Source: Eledone cirrhosa (lineage: Eukaryota). From it: DNA of 64,000 bases. Every line of letters starts with the position of its first letter. Positions within the stretch are counted from its first letter, which is position 1. Made by a program: the position numbers and the translations under genes. Of the stretch, positions 44,301 through 56,840 are shown piece after piece. Below the pieces are notes generated by a model that saw only the letters and a list, made by a program, of their open reading frames with translations, was not told where the DNA came from and searched no databases. The DNA is taken from contig OZ024745.1 of assembly GCA_964016885.1 (NCBI GenBank), positions 97,030,001 to 97,094,000 of the forward strand. Direction: 5' to 3'.

Positions 44301-47300
44301 CTTTATCATTTCGAGATACTAGGGTGTAATTTAAGGAGATATGCTGGGTATTTTTTCATTTCGAGATACTAGGTTTTGAATTAAGGGGATATTGGCTATC
44401 TTTATCATTTCAAGATACTAGCGTGTGATTTAAGGGGATATGCTGGCTATCTTTATAATTTCAAGCTACTAGGGTGTGATTTAAGGAGATATGCTGGCTA
44501 TCTTTATCATTTCAAGATACTAGGGTGTGATTTAAGGGGTTATGCTGGCTATCTTTATCATTTCAAGATACTAGGGTGTGATTTAAGGGGATATGCTGGC
44601 TATCTTTATCATTTCAAGCTACTAGGGTGTGATTGAAGGGGATATGCTGGCTATCTTTATCATTTCAAGATACTAGGGTGTGATTTAAGGGGATATGCTG
44701 GCTATTTTTATCATTTCAAGGTACTATGGTGTGATTTAAGGGGATATCCTGGCTATCTTTACCATTTCAAGATACTAGGGTGTGATTTAAGGGGTTATGC
44801 TGGCTATCTTTATCATTTCAAGATATTAGGGTGTGATTTAAGGAGATATGCTGGCTATCTTTATCATTTCAAGATACTAGGGTGTGATTTAAGGTGATAT
44901 GCTGGCTATCTTTATCATTTCAAGGTACTAGGGTGTGATTTGAGGGGATATTGGCTATCTTTATCATTTCAAGATACTAGGGTGTGCTTTAAGGGGATAT
45001 GCTGGCTATCTTTATCATTTCAAGATACTAGGGTGTGATTTAAGGAGATATGCTGGCTAACTTTATCATTTCAATATACTAGGGTGTGATTTAAGGAGAT
45101 ATGCTGGCTATCTTTATCATTTCAAGATACTTGGCTGTGATTTAAGGAGATATGCTGGCTATCTTTATCATTTTAAGATACTAGGGTGTGATTTAAGGAG
45201 ATATGCTGGCTATCTTTATCATTTCAATATACTAGGGTGTGATTTAAGGAGATATGCTGGCTATCTTTATCATTTTAAGATACTAGGGTGTGATTTAAGG
45301 AGATATGCTGGCTAACTTTATCATTTCAATATACTAGGGTGTGATTTAAGGAGATATGCCGGCTATCTTTATCATTTCAATATACTAGGGTGTGATTTAA
45401 GAAGATATGCTGGCTATCTTTATCATTCCAAGATACTAGGGTCTGATTTAAGGAGATATGCTGGCTATCTTTATCATTTCGAGATACTAGGGTGTGATTT
45501 AAAGGGTTATGCTGGCTATCTTTGTCATTTCGAGATACTAGGGTGTGATTTAAGGAGATATGCTGGCTATCTTTATCATTTCAAGATACTAGGGTGTAAT
45601 TATAGGAGATATGCTGGCTATCTTTATCATTTCGAGATACTAGGGTGTAATTATAGGAGATATGCTGGCTATCTTTATCATTTCAAGATACTAGGGTGTA
45701 ATTATAGGAGATATGCTGGCTATCTTTATCATTTCGAGATACTAGGGTGTGATTTAAGGAGATATGCTGGCTATCTTTATCATTTCAAGATACTAGGGTG
45801 TGATTTAAGGGGAAATGCTGGCTATCTTTATCATTTCAAGATATTGGGGAGTGATTTAAGGAGATATGCTGGCTATCTTTATCATTTCAAGATACTAGGT
45901 TATGATTTAAGGGGATATGCTGGCTATCTTTATCATTTCGAGATACTAGGGTGTGATTTAAGGGTATATGCTGGCTATCTTTATCATTTCAAGATACTAG
46001 GGTGTTATTTAAAGAGATATGCTGGCTATCTTTATCATTTCAAGATACTAGGGTGTGATTTAAGGGTATATGCTGGCTATCTTTATCATTTAAAGATACT
46101 AGGGTGTTATTTAAAGAGATATGCTGGCTATCTTTATCATTTCGAGATACTAGGGTGTAATTTAAGGAGATATGCTGGCTATCTTTATCATTTCAAGATA
46201 CTAGGGTGTAATTTAAGGAGATATGCTGGGTATTTTTTCATTTCGAGATACTAGGGTGTGATTTAAGGCGATATTGGCTATCTTTATCATCTCAAGATAC
46301 TAGCGTGTGATTTAAGGGGATATGCTGGCTATCTTTATCATTTCAAGATACAAGAGTGTGATTGAAGGGGATATGCTGGCTATCATTATCATTTCAAAGT
46401 ACTTGGTTGTGATTTAAGGGGATATGCTGGCTATCTTTATCATTTCAAATACTAGGTTGTGATTTAAGGGGTTATGCTGGCTATCTTTATCATTTCAAGA
46501 TACTAGGGTGTGATTTAAGGGGATATGCTGGCTATCTTTATCATTTCAAGCTACTAGGGTGTGATTGAAGGGGATATGCTGGCTATCTTTATCATTTCAA
46601 GTTACTAGGGTGTGATTTAAGGGGATATGCTGGCTATTTTTATCATTTCAAGGTACTAGGGTGTGATTTAAGGGGATATGCTGGCTATCTTTATCATTTC
46701 AAGATACTAGGGTGTGATTTAAGGTGATATGCTGGCTATCTTTATCATTTCAAGGTACTAGGGTGTGATTTAAGGGGATATTGGCTATCTTTATCATTTC
46801 AAGATACTAGGGTGTGCTTTAAGGGGATGATCTGGCTATCTTTATCATTTCAAGATACTAGGGTGTGATTTAAGGAGATATGCTGGCTATCTTTATCATT
46901 TCAAGATACTAGGGTGTGATTTAAGGAGATATGCTGGCTATCATTATCATTTCAAAGTACTAGGTTGTGATTTAAGGAGATATGCTGGCTATCTTTACCA
47001 TTTCAAGTTACTAGGGTGTGATTTAAGGGTATATGCTGGCTATCTTTATCATTTCAAGATACTTGGGTGTGATTTAAGGAGATATGCTGGCTATCTTTAT
47101 CATTTCAAGATATTGGGGAGTGATTTAAGGAGATATTCTGGCTATCATTATCATTTCAAGATACTAGGGTGTGATTTAAGGAGATATGCTGGCTATCATT
47201 ATCATTTCAAAGTACTAGGTTGTGATTTAAGGAGATATGCTGGCTATCTTTACCATTTCAAAGTACTAGGTTGTGATTTAAGGAGATATGCTGGCTATCT

Positions 47301-50300
47301 TTACCATTTCAAGTTACTAGGGTGTGATTTAAGGGTATATGCTGGCTATCTTTATCATTTCAAGATACTTGGGTGTGATTTAAGGAGATATGCTGGCTAT
47401 CTTTATCATTTCAAGATACTTGGGTGTGATTTAAGGAGATATGCTGGCTATCTTTATCATTTCAAAGTACTAGGTTGTGATTTAAGGAGATATGCTGGCT
47501 ATCTTTACCATTTCAAGTTACTAGGGTGTGATTTAAGGGTATATGCTGGCTATCTTTATCATTTCAAGATACTTGGGTGTGATTTAAGGAGATATGCTGG
47601 CTATCTTTATCATTTCAAGATACTTGGGTGTGATTTAAGGAGATATGCTGGCTATCTTTATCATTTCAAAGTACTAGGTTGTGATTTAAGGAGATATGCT
47701 GGCTATCTTTATCATTTCAAGATACTTGGGTGTGATTTAAGGGTATATGCTGGCTATCTTTATCATTTCAAGATACTTGGGTGTGATTTAAGGAGATATG
47801 CTGGCTATCTTTATCATTTCAAGATACTTGGGTGTGATTTAAGGAGATATGCTGGCTATCTTTATCATTTCAAAGTACTAGGTTGTGATTTAAGGAGATA
47901 TGCTGGCTATCTTTACCATTTCAAGTTACTAGGGTGTGATTTAAGGGTATATGCTGGCTATCTTTATCATTTCAAGATACTTGGGTGTGATTTAAGGAGA
48001 TATGCTGGCTATCTTTATCATTTCAAGATACTTGGGTGTGATTTAAGGAGATATGCTGGCTATCTTTATCATTTCAAAGTACTAGGTTGTGATTTAAGGA
48101 GATATGCTGGCTATCTTTACCATTTCAAGTTACTAGGGTGTGATTTAAGGGTATATGCTGGCTATCTTTATCATTTCAAGATACTTGGGTGTGATTTAAG
48201 GAGATATGCTGGCTATCTTTATCATTTCAAGATACTTGGGTGTGATTTAAGGAGATATGCTGGCTATCTTTATCATTTCAAAGTACTAGGTTGTGATTTA
48301 AGGAGATATGCTGGCTATCTTTACCATTTCAAGTTACTAGGGTGTGATTTAAGGGTATATGCTGGCTATCTTTATCATTTCAAGATACTTGGGTGTGATT
48401 TAAGGAGATATGCTGGCTATCTTTATCATCTCAAGATACTTGGGTGTGATTTAAGGAGATATGCTGGCTATCTTTATCATTTCAAAGTACTAGGTTGTGA
48501 TTTAAGGAGATATGCTGGCTATCTTTAACATTTCAAGTTACTAGGGTGTGATTTAAGGGTATATGCTGGCTATCTTTATCATTTCAAGATACTTGGGTGT
48601 GATTTAAGGAGATATGCTGGCTATCTTTATCATTTCAAGATACTTGGGTGTGATTTAAGGAGATATGCTGGCTATCTTTATCATTTCAAAGTACTAGGTT
48701 GTGATTTAAGGAGATATGCTGGCTATCTTTACCATTTCAAGTTACTAGGGTGTGATTTAAGGGTATATGCTGGCTATCTTTATCATTTCAAGATACTTGG
48801 GTGTGATTTAAGGAGATATGCTGGCTATCTTTACCATTTCAAGATACTTGGGTGTGATTTAAGGAGATATGCTGGCTATCTTTATCATTTCAAGATACTT
48901 GGGTGTGATTTAAGGAGATATGCTGGCTATCTTTATCATTTCAAGATACTTGGGTGTGATTTAAGGAGATATGCTGGCTATCTTTATCATTTCAAGATAC
49001 TTGGGTGTGATTTAAGGAGATATGCTGGCTATCTTTATCATTTCAAGATACTTGGGTGTGATTTAAGGAGATATGCTGGCTATCTTTATCATTTCAAGAT
49101 ACTTGGGTGTGATTTAAGGAGATATGCTGGCTATCTTTATCATTTCAAGATACTTGGGTGTGTTTTAAGGAGATATGCTGGCTATCTTTATCATTTCAAG
49201 ATACTTGGGTGTGATTTAAGGAGATATGCTGGCTATCTTTACCATTTCAAGTTACTAGGGTGTGTTTTAAGGAGATATGCTGGCTATCTTTATCATTTCA
49301 AGATACTTGGGTGTGATTTAAGGAGATATGCTGGCTATCTTTATCATTTCAAGATACTTGGGTGTGATTTAAGGAGATATGCTGGCTATCTTTATCATTT
49401 CAAAGTACTAGGTTGTGATTTAAGGAGATATGCTGGCTATCTTTACCATTTCAAGTTACTAGGGTGTGATTTAAGGGTATATGCTGGCTATCTTTATCAT
49501 TTCAAGATACTTGGGTGTGATTTAAGGAGATATGCTGGCTATCTTTATCATTTCAAGATATTGGGGAGTGATTTAAGGAGATATTCTGGCTATCATTATC
49601 ATTTCAAGATACTAGGGTGTGATTTAAGGAGATATTCTGGCTATCTTTACCATTTCAAGTTACTAGGGTGTGATTTAAGGGTATATGCTGGCTATCTTTA
49701 TCATTTCAAGATACTACGGTGTGATTTAAGGGGATATGCTGGCTATCTTTATCATTTCAAGATACTAGGGTGTGATTTAAGGAGATATGCTGGCTCTCTT
49801 TACCATTTCAATATACTAGGGTGTGATTTAAGGAGATATGCTGGCTATCTTTATTATTTCAAGATACTTGGCTGTGATTTAAGGGGATATTCTGGCTATC
49901 TTTATCATTTTAAGATACTAGGGTGTGATTTAAGGAGATATGCTGGCTATCTTTATCATTTCAAGATACTTGGCTGTGATTTAAGGGGATATGCTGGCTA
50001 TCTTTATCATTTTAAGATACTAGGGTGTGATTTAAGGAGATATGCTGGCTAACTTTATCATTTCAATATACTAGGGTGTGATTTAAGGAGATTTGCTGGC
50101 TATCTTTATCATTTCAAGATACTTGGCTGTGATTTAAGGAGATATGCTGGCTATCTTTATCATTTTAAGATACTAGGGTGTGATTTAAGGAGATATGCTG
50201 GCTATCTTTATCATTTCAATATACTAGGGTGTGATTTAAGGAGATATGCTGGCTATCTTTATCATTTTAAGATACTAGGGTGTGATTTAAGGAGATATGC

Positions 50301-53300
50301 TGGCTATCTTTATCATTTCAATATACTAGGGTGTGATTTAAGGAGATTTGCTGGCTATCTTTATCATTTCAAGATACTTGGCTGTGATTTAAGGAGATAT
50401 GCTGGCTATCTTTATCATTTTAAGATACTAGGGTGTGATTTAAGGAGATATGCTGGCTAACTTTATCATTTCAATATACTAGGGTGTGATTTAAGGAGAT
50501 ATGCCGGCTATCTTTATCATTTCAATATACTAGGGTGTGATTTAAGAAGATATGCTGGCTATCTTTATCATTTCAAGATACTAGGGTCTGATTTAAGGAG
50601 ATATGCTGGCTATCTTTATCATTTCGAGATACTAGGGTTTGATTTAAGGGGTTATGCTGGCTATCTTTGTCATTTCGAGATACTAGGGTGTGATTTAAGG
50701 AGATATGCTGGCTATCTTTATCATTTCAAGATACTAGGGTGTAATTATAGGAGATATGCTGGCTATCTTTATCATTTCGAGATACTAGGGTGTGATTTAA
50801 GGGGAAATGCTGGCTATCTTTATCATTTCAAAGTACTAGGTTGTGATTTAAGGAGATATGCTGGCTATCTTTATCATTTCGAGATACTAGGGTGTAATTT
50901 AAGGAGATATGCTGGGTATTTTTTCATTTCGAGATACTAGGTTTTGAATTAAGGGGATATTGGCTATCTTTATCATTTCAAGATACTAGCGTGTGATTTA
51001 AGGGGATATGCTGGCTATCTTTATAATTTCAAGCTACTAGGGTGTGATTTAAGGAGATATGCCGGCTATCTTTATCATTTCGAGATACTAGGGTGTAATT
51101 TAAGGAGATATGCTGGGTATTTTTTCATTTCGAGATACTAGGTTTTGAATTAAGGGGATATTGGCTATCTTTATCATTTCAAGATACTAGCGTGTGATTT
51201 AAGGGGATATGCTGGCTATCTTTATCATTTCAAGATACTAGGGTGTGATTTAAGGAGATATGCCGGCTATCTTTATCATTTCAAGATACAAGAGTGTGAT
51301 TGAAGGGGATATGCTGGCTATCTTTATCATTTCAAGATACTAGGGTGTGATTTAAGGGGTTATGCTGGCTATCTTTATCATTTCAAGATACTAGGGTGTG
51401 ATTTAAGGGGATATGCTGGCTATCTTTATCATTTCAAGCTACTAGGGTGTGATTGAAGGGGATATGCTGGCTATCTTTATCATTTCAAGATACTAGGGTG
51501 TGATTTAAGGGGATATGCTGGCTATTTTTATCATTTCAAGATATTAGGGTGTGATTTGAGGGGATATTGGCTATCTTTATCATTTCAAGATACTAGGGTG
51601 TGCTTTAAGGGGATATGCTGGCTATCTTTACCATTTCAAGATACTAGGGTGTGATTTAAGGGGTTATGCTGGCTATCTTTATCATTTCAAGATATTAGGG
51701 TGTGATTTGAGGGGATATTGGCTATCTTTATCATTTCAAGATACTAGGGTGTGCTTTAAGGGGATATGCTGGCTATCTTTATCATTTCAAGGTACTAGGG
51801 TGTGATTTAAGGAGATATGCTGGCTATCTTTATCATTTTAAGATACTAGGGTGTGATTTAAGGAGATATGCCGGCTAACTTTATCATTTCAATATACTAG
51901 GGTGTGATTTAAGGAGATATGCTGGCTATCTTTATCATTTCAATATACTAGGGTGTGATTTAAGAAGATATGCTGGCTATCTTTATCATTTCAAGATACT
52001 AGGGTCTGATTTAAGGAGATATGCTGGCTATCTTTATCATTTCGAGATACTAGGGTTTGATTTAAGGGGTTATGCTGGCTATCTTTGTCATTTCGAGATA
52101 CTAGGGTGTGATTTAAGGAGATATGCTGGCTATCTTTATCATTTCGAGATACTAGGGTGTAATTTAAGGAGATATGCTGGGTATTTTTTCATTTCGAGAT
52201 ACTAGGATTTGAATTAAGGGGATATTGGCTATCTTTATCATTTCAAGATACTAGGGTGTGATTTAAGAGGATATTGGCTATCGTTATCATTTCAAGATAC
52301 TAGGGTGTGATTTAAGGAGATATGCTGGCTATCTTTATCATTTAGATATACTAGGGTGTGATTTAAGGAGATATGCTGGCTATCTTTATCATTTCAAGAT
52401 ATTGGGGAGTGATTTAAGGGGATATGCTGGCTATCTTTATCATTTCAATATACTAGGGTGCGATTTAAGGGGGTTTGCTGGCTATCGTTATCATTTCGAG
52501 ATACTAGGATGTGATTTAAGGAGATATGCTGGCTATCTTTATCATTTCAATATACTAGGGTGCGATTTAAGGGGGTTTGCTGGCTATCGTTATCATTTCG
52601 AGATACTAGGATGTGATTTAAGGGGATATGCTGGCTATCTTTATCATTTCAATATACTAGGGTGCGATTTAAGGGGGTTTGCTGGCTATCGTTATCATTT
52701 CGAGATACTACGGTGTGATTTAAGGAGATATGCTGGCTATCTTTATCATTTCAGGATACTAGGGTGTGATTTAAGGGGATATGCTGGCTATCTTTATCAT
52801 TTCAAGATACTAGGGTGTGATTTAAGGGGATATGCTGGCTATCTTTATCATTTCAAGATGCTGAGTTGTGATTTAAGGAGATATGCTGGCTAACTTTATC
52901 ATTTCAAGATACTAGGGTGTGATTTAAGGAGATATGCCGGCTCTCTTTATCATTTTAAGATATTAGGGTGTGATTTAAGGAGATATGCTGGCTATCTTTA
53001 TCATTTCAGGATACTAGGGTGTGATTTAAGGGGATATGCCGGCTATCTTTATCATTTCAAGATACTAGGGTGTGATTAAAAGGGATATGCTGGCTATCTT
53101 TATCATTTCGAGATACTAGGGTGTAATTTAAGGAGATATGCTGGCTATTTTTATTATTTCCAGATACTAGGGTGTGATTTAAGGGGATATTGACTATCTT
53201 TATCATTTCGAGATACTAGTGTTAGATTTAAGGTGATATGCTTTATCATTTCAAGATACTAGGGTGTCAGTTAAGGGGATATGCTGTCTATCTTTATCAT

Positions 53301-54020
53301 TTCAAGATAATAGGGTGTGATTTAAGGAGATATAATAACAATGAAATTATTGTGTAAAGCTGGCTATCTTTATCATTTTAAGATACTAGGGTGTGATTTC
53401 AGGAGATATGCTAACTATCTTTATAATTTCAAGAAACTAGGGTGTGATTTAAAGAGATATGCTGACTATCTTTACCATTTCAAGATACTAGGGAGTGATT
53501 TCAGGAGATATGCTGTCTATTTTTATCATTTCGAGATACTAGGGTGTGATTTAAGGAGATATGCTGGCTATCTTTATCATTTCGAGATACTAGGGTGTGA
53601 TATATGGAGATATGCTGGCTATCTTTAACATTTCGAGATACTAGTGTATGATTTAAGGAGATATGCTGGCTATCTTTATCATTTCGAGATACTAGGGTGT
53701 AACTTAAGGAGATATGCTGGCTATCTTTATCATTTTGAGATACTAGGGTGAGATTTAAGGGGATATGCTGGATATCTATATCATTTCAAGTTACTAGGGT
53801 GTGATTTAAGGGGATATGCTGGCTATGTTTATCATTTCGAGATACTAGGGTGTGATTTAAGGGGATATGCTGGCTATCTTTATCATTTGAAGATACTAGG
53901 CTGTGGTTAAAGGGGATATGCTGGCTATCTTTATCATTTCAAGATACTAGGGTGTGATTTAAGGAGATATGCCGGCTATTTTTATCATTTCGAGATACTA
54001 AGGAGTGATTTAAGGAGATA
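11315..54020. repeat. 51-bp tandem satellite array, main segment with multi-kb higher-order duplications
   Basis: Same monomer resumes in register after the GGTA TSD; last recognisable monomer ends ...TAAGGAGATA at about 54020. Identical ORF translations at 23119/24998 and at 28447/32704/34937/41476/43103 mark segmental copies. Confidence 0.99.
47200..48830. repeat. 204-bp (4-monomer) higher-order repeat within the satellite
   Basis: Variant AAAGTACTAGGTT recurs about every 204 bp (47464, 47668, 47872, 48076, 48280, 48484, 48688), followed by TTACC..AAGTTA..GGGTATAT and two GATACTTGGG monomers. Confidence 0.92.
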
Positions 54021-54336
54021 CACTTTGCTATTATTATAATTTCGAGCGGCCATATTATGTTTCCCTCAATACGCACACCACCATCCAAAATACCGCTAAT
54101 ATTCTATGGTCGAACCAAGGAACTCAGCTCAACCATTATGTGTGTATGCCTATTTTAGGAAATCTATATATTTCCTTTTGTATCGATACTACATAAGTAT
54201 GAACCGTAAACACTGCCAAAATCATATGGGCGTCGTAGTGGCATACAGCGTTTCTTGGGCATTTTAAACATGGTGGAGCCAATCTTCTCTCTCTCTCTAG
54301 AACTGAACACATCTAATTTCTTCTAGCGAAGGAGAG

Positions 54337-54436
54337 TGATAGATAGAAAGATAGATAGATAGAGAGAGAGGGGGTGTGGAGAAGAGAAAAAGAAAGAGAA
54401 AGAGAAAGAGAAGGAGAGGGGGAGTGAGAGAGAGAA
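54337..54436. repeat. Compound (GATA)n/(GA)n purine-rich microsatellite
   Basis: GATAGATAGAAAGATAGATAGATAGAGAGAGAG...GAGAAAGAGAAAGAGAAGG. Confidence 0.85.
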
Positions 54437-54465
54437 ATGGGTGGTGAGAACGAGATATATAGGAA

Positions 54466-54620
54466 GAATCGATCCAAGAACTGGACGTACTTTTTTTATC
54501 GACCTCGAAATGATGAAAGGCAAACTCTACTTCGATGGCTTTTAACTCAGGGAGTCGGAACCAATAAACACCGCAAGGCATTCCATCCAACACTCTAACA
54601 ACTCCGCCATTTTCCATCTC
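54466..54620 (-). mobile_element. Degenerate tRNA-derived SINE with Nin/Deu-like core
   Basis: Minus strand reads ...TGGCGGAGTTGTTAGAGTG...GAGTTAAAAGCC...TTTGCCTTTCATCATTTCGAGGTCGATAAAAAAAGTAC..., homologous to the copies at 55201 and 55658. Confidence 0.75.
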
Positions 54621-54735
54621 TCGATAATATAAGCAACAGTATTAAACTGGCTCTACTCTATCTCTTCCACAAAAATTCAGAAGAAAATATTTATAGTTAA
54701 CGTTCTTTTATCTTCTTCTTCTTCTTCTTCTTCAG

Positions 54736-54834
54736 GAACGTCATCATCGTGATTTTGTTGGAACCCTCCCACAATTACTGGCTTGGAATATTCTCAGATG
54801 TTTGACTCTTAAAGACCTAGCTATTGTTTGCCAG
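54736..54834 (+). CDS. Internal coding exon (99 bp, phase 0/0) of an F-box protein
   Basis: Preceded by branch-like TTAAC, a (TCT)n pyrimidine tract and CAG; followed by CAG|GTAAAT. Translates ERHHRDFVGTLPQLLAWNILRCLTLKDLAIVCQ, matching the F-box pattern RDF-x3-LP-x6-IL-x2-L-x3-L seen in FBXW-type proteins. Confidence 0.8.
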
Positions 54835-55200
54835 GTAAATAAACTAAACATTGTTGTCAAGACTTCATTGTATTTGTTGCATTAACATTTCAATTTATAT
54901 ATTATTAATTCGATTGTCTAGACAGAAATATTTTGTTGATATTTATCGAAGCGATTCTAAAGATACGATCAGAAAATTTTGAATTCTAGAATGTTATTAC
55001 CAAATTTACGAACTGTACTGTGTTTCACAAAAACAATTCATTCTTATACGAGACAAAATGAGTTCAGAGCAATGAAACATAGCTCTCGTTGAAATGAGAT
55101 CACGTGTAACGTTTCTATTGCCGTTTAGGACCCTCTTCAATGTACTAAAAATGATAATGGTTTTTTTTTTTTTTTTGTATTTTATTATTCATATATAAGC

Positions 55201-55426
55201 AGGGCGGTAGATTGGCAGTATCGGTAGAGCGTCAAACAATATGCTTCGCAAAATAGAGTTACGGCACTTTACGTTCCGAGTTCAAATCCTGCCGGGGTTA
55301 GTTTTGCCTTTCATCCTTACGGGGTCGATGAAATAAAGCACCAGTAATGCACTGGAGTCAATTTAATCGTCTTTCCCCACCCCTTCAAAGTATTGGCCTT
55401 ATGTGCCTAAAGTAGAAACAATTATT
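55201..55426 (+). mobile_element. tRNA-derived SINE with Nin/Deu-like core
   Basis: A-box-like TGGCAGTATCGG, B-box GAGTTCAAATCC, core TTTGCCTTTCATCCTTACGGGGTCGATGAAATAAAGCACCAGT, tail GTGCCTAAAGTAGAAACAATTATT. Confidence 0.85.
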
Positions 55427-55657
55427 TATATATTAGCTGTCGGGACACCATCTTTTAAAACTTCCATGCTTCCCGAAATTCGCCAACACTACACCTGATA
55501 TTCCCCCACCATACGCACGCAAATGTGTGTGTGTGTCTGTGTGTACCTCATGACTTATACACTGTTCACTTTCCTGACTTTGTACATTATTTTATGTACT
55601 ATACATGTACTTTTGATGAATTGTAGTACACACAAATTTTCATTATTATTATTTCTA

Positions 55658-55850
55658 GGGCGGTGGATTGGTAGTATCGGTAGAGGGTCGGACGCCATGC
55701 TTTCTAGCATAGTTACGTCCCTTTACGATCTGAGTTCAAATCCCGCCGAGGTTGACTTTGCCTTTCATCCTTACGGGGTCGATAAAATAAAGTACCAGTG
55801 AGGCACTGGGTAGTTGCTGGCCTTGTGCCTAAAGTAGAAACAATTATTAT
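55658..55850 (+). mobile_element. tRNA-derived SINE, second copy (internally deleted)
   Basis: Colinear homology with 55201-55426: GGGCGGTGGATTGGTAGTATCGGTAGAG...GAGTTCAAATCCCGCC...GCCTTTCATCCTTACGGGGTCGATAAAATAAAGTACCAGT...GTGCCTAAAGTAGAAACAATTATT. Confidence 0.85.
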
Positions 55851-55909
55851 TCTTTTTTATTAAAACGGCATTACTGACTATTTTCCTTCTCATAAAAGTT
55901 TCACACCTT

Positions 55910-56080
55910 GAGACAACATCGGAAAAAATGCTTTGCGATATTTAGTTAAACATTTCTATATTCTGAGTTCAAATCCCACCAAATTTAATTTTACCTTTCA
56001 GCTTTCTGGAGACGATATAATCATGTTTCCTTCCCCACAAACTATTATTGGCCTAGTGCCAATGCTAGTAAGAATTATTT
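55910..56080 (+). mobile_element. Older degenerate copy of the same SINE family
   Basis: TTCTGAGTTCAAATCCCACC...TTACCTTTCAGCTTTCTGGAGACGATA...TTGGCCTAGTGCCAATGCTAGTAAGAATTATT. Confidence 0.6.
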
Positions 56081-56619
56081 CTGAATATCATTAGTGTTAT
56101 ACCCAAATCTATATTTTGATATGACACTGTTAACTATTATAAAACCGAAAATATCCACAAATATACATCAAATCTGCAAATCAGTTTTATCTTAATGAAA
56201 ATCCATTTCTCTTTATTTACACCGTTACTAACATTGACAAATGCATTAAAGTTCTAACAAGCGGTTGAGATGCCGTAAAATTCCCAACCTCGAGCTGAGA
56301 AAAAATAAACTAATATTAGAGATGCCAACAAATATTAGAGACCGAAATGAAGCATATATATTTGCCAAAACTGCATATTAAAAACTAAGGCTTCGGGAGC
56401 AGAAAATAAATAATTCATCTCTGATTAGTGAGATGTACATCAAAATACTGCTCTCGTTTCTGTTGATGGTGGTGCTCTTTGTCATTCTAATTACACCTAT
56501 TAAGCGGGCTCTCTCTCTACGCACACACACGAAAAGACTATCTGATTGATCGGGAAAGATTCACTTATCATGACGCTACAATCACTAGCTGAAAACGTAC
56601 TGCTTCTTCACTTTGAGGC

Positions 56620-56840
56620 TGTTTAGTTGTTATTGTCGCTGTTGAGCCCTGTGTCAGCGCTGATCAAGCAGAGTTTTGACTCTAGGCATTCCAGACTTGG
56701 TCATTCCATGTGTTTTGTTTTTCAAACAGAGGGTATATGGAAAAACGTAATGGAATGTGCCAGCATTTAAAAAAAATATAGTAGGGTGTGATATGAAGGA
56801 TATTTGACTGCTATATCTAGCAGGTCAAGTGACCACATAA
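56620..56840 (-). mobile_element. 3' part of a different dispersed retroposon (SINE/LINE-tail-like) with degenerate (AAC)n tail
   Basis: Minus strand ends ...GGGCTCAACAGCGACAATAACAACTAAAC; contains TAGGGTGTGATATGAAGGATATTTGACTGCTATATCTAGCAGGTC. The motif GGCTGCTATTTCTAGC recurs at about 63295. Family assignment is from recollection only. Confidence 0.5.

Noticed and set aside
505-53628. Many + strand ORFs of (ILGCDLRRYAGYLYHFK)n as a repeat-protein gene
   Set aside because: A 51-bp monomer is a multiple of 3 with one stop-free frame by chance; stops and 1-2 bp frameshifts are frequent and get duplicated, and most starts are non-ATG.
1-54020. CRISPR array
   Set aside because: No unique spacers, no cas genes, eukaryotic context; the two 25-bp inserts are near-identical duplicates.
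54500-54525. Similarity of satellite CTTTATCATTTCGAGA to SINE core CTTTCATCATTTCGAGG
   Set aside because: Short, AT-rich and only good against one diverged copy; better-preserved copies read CATCCTTACGGGG.
54297-55801. ORFs 54297-54617, 54323-54523 and 55523-55801
   Set aside because: Translations of SINE and microsatellite sequence.
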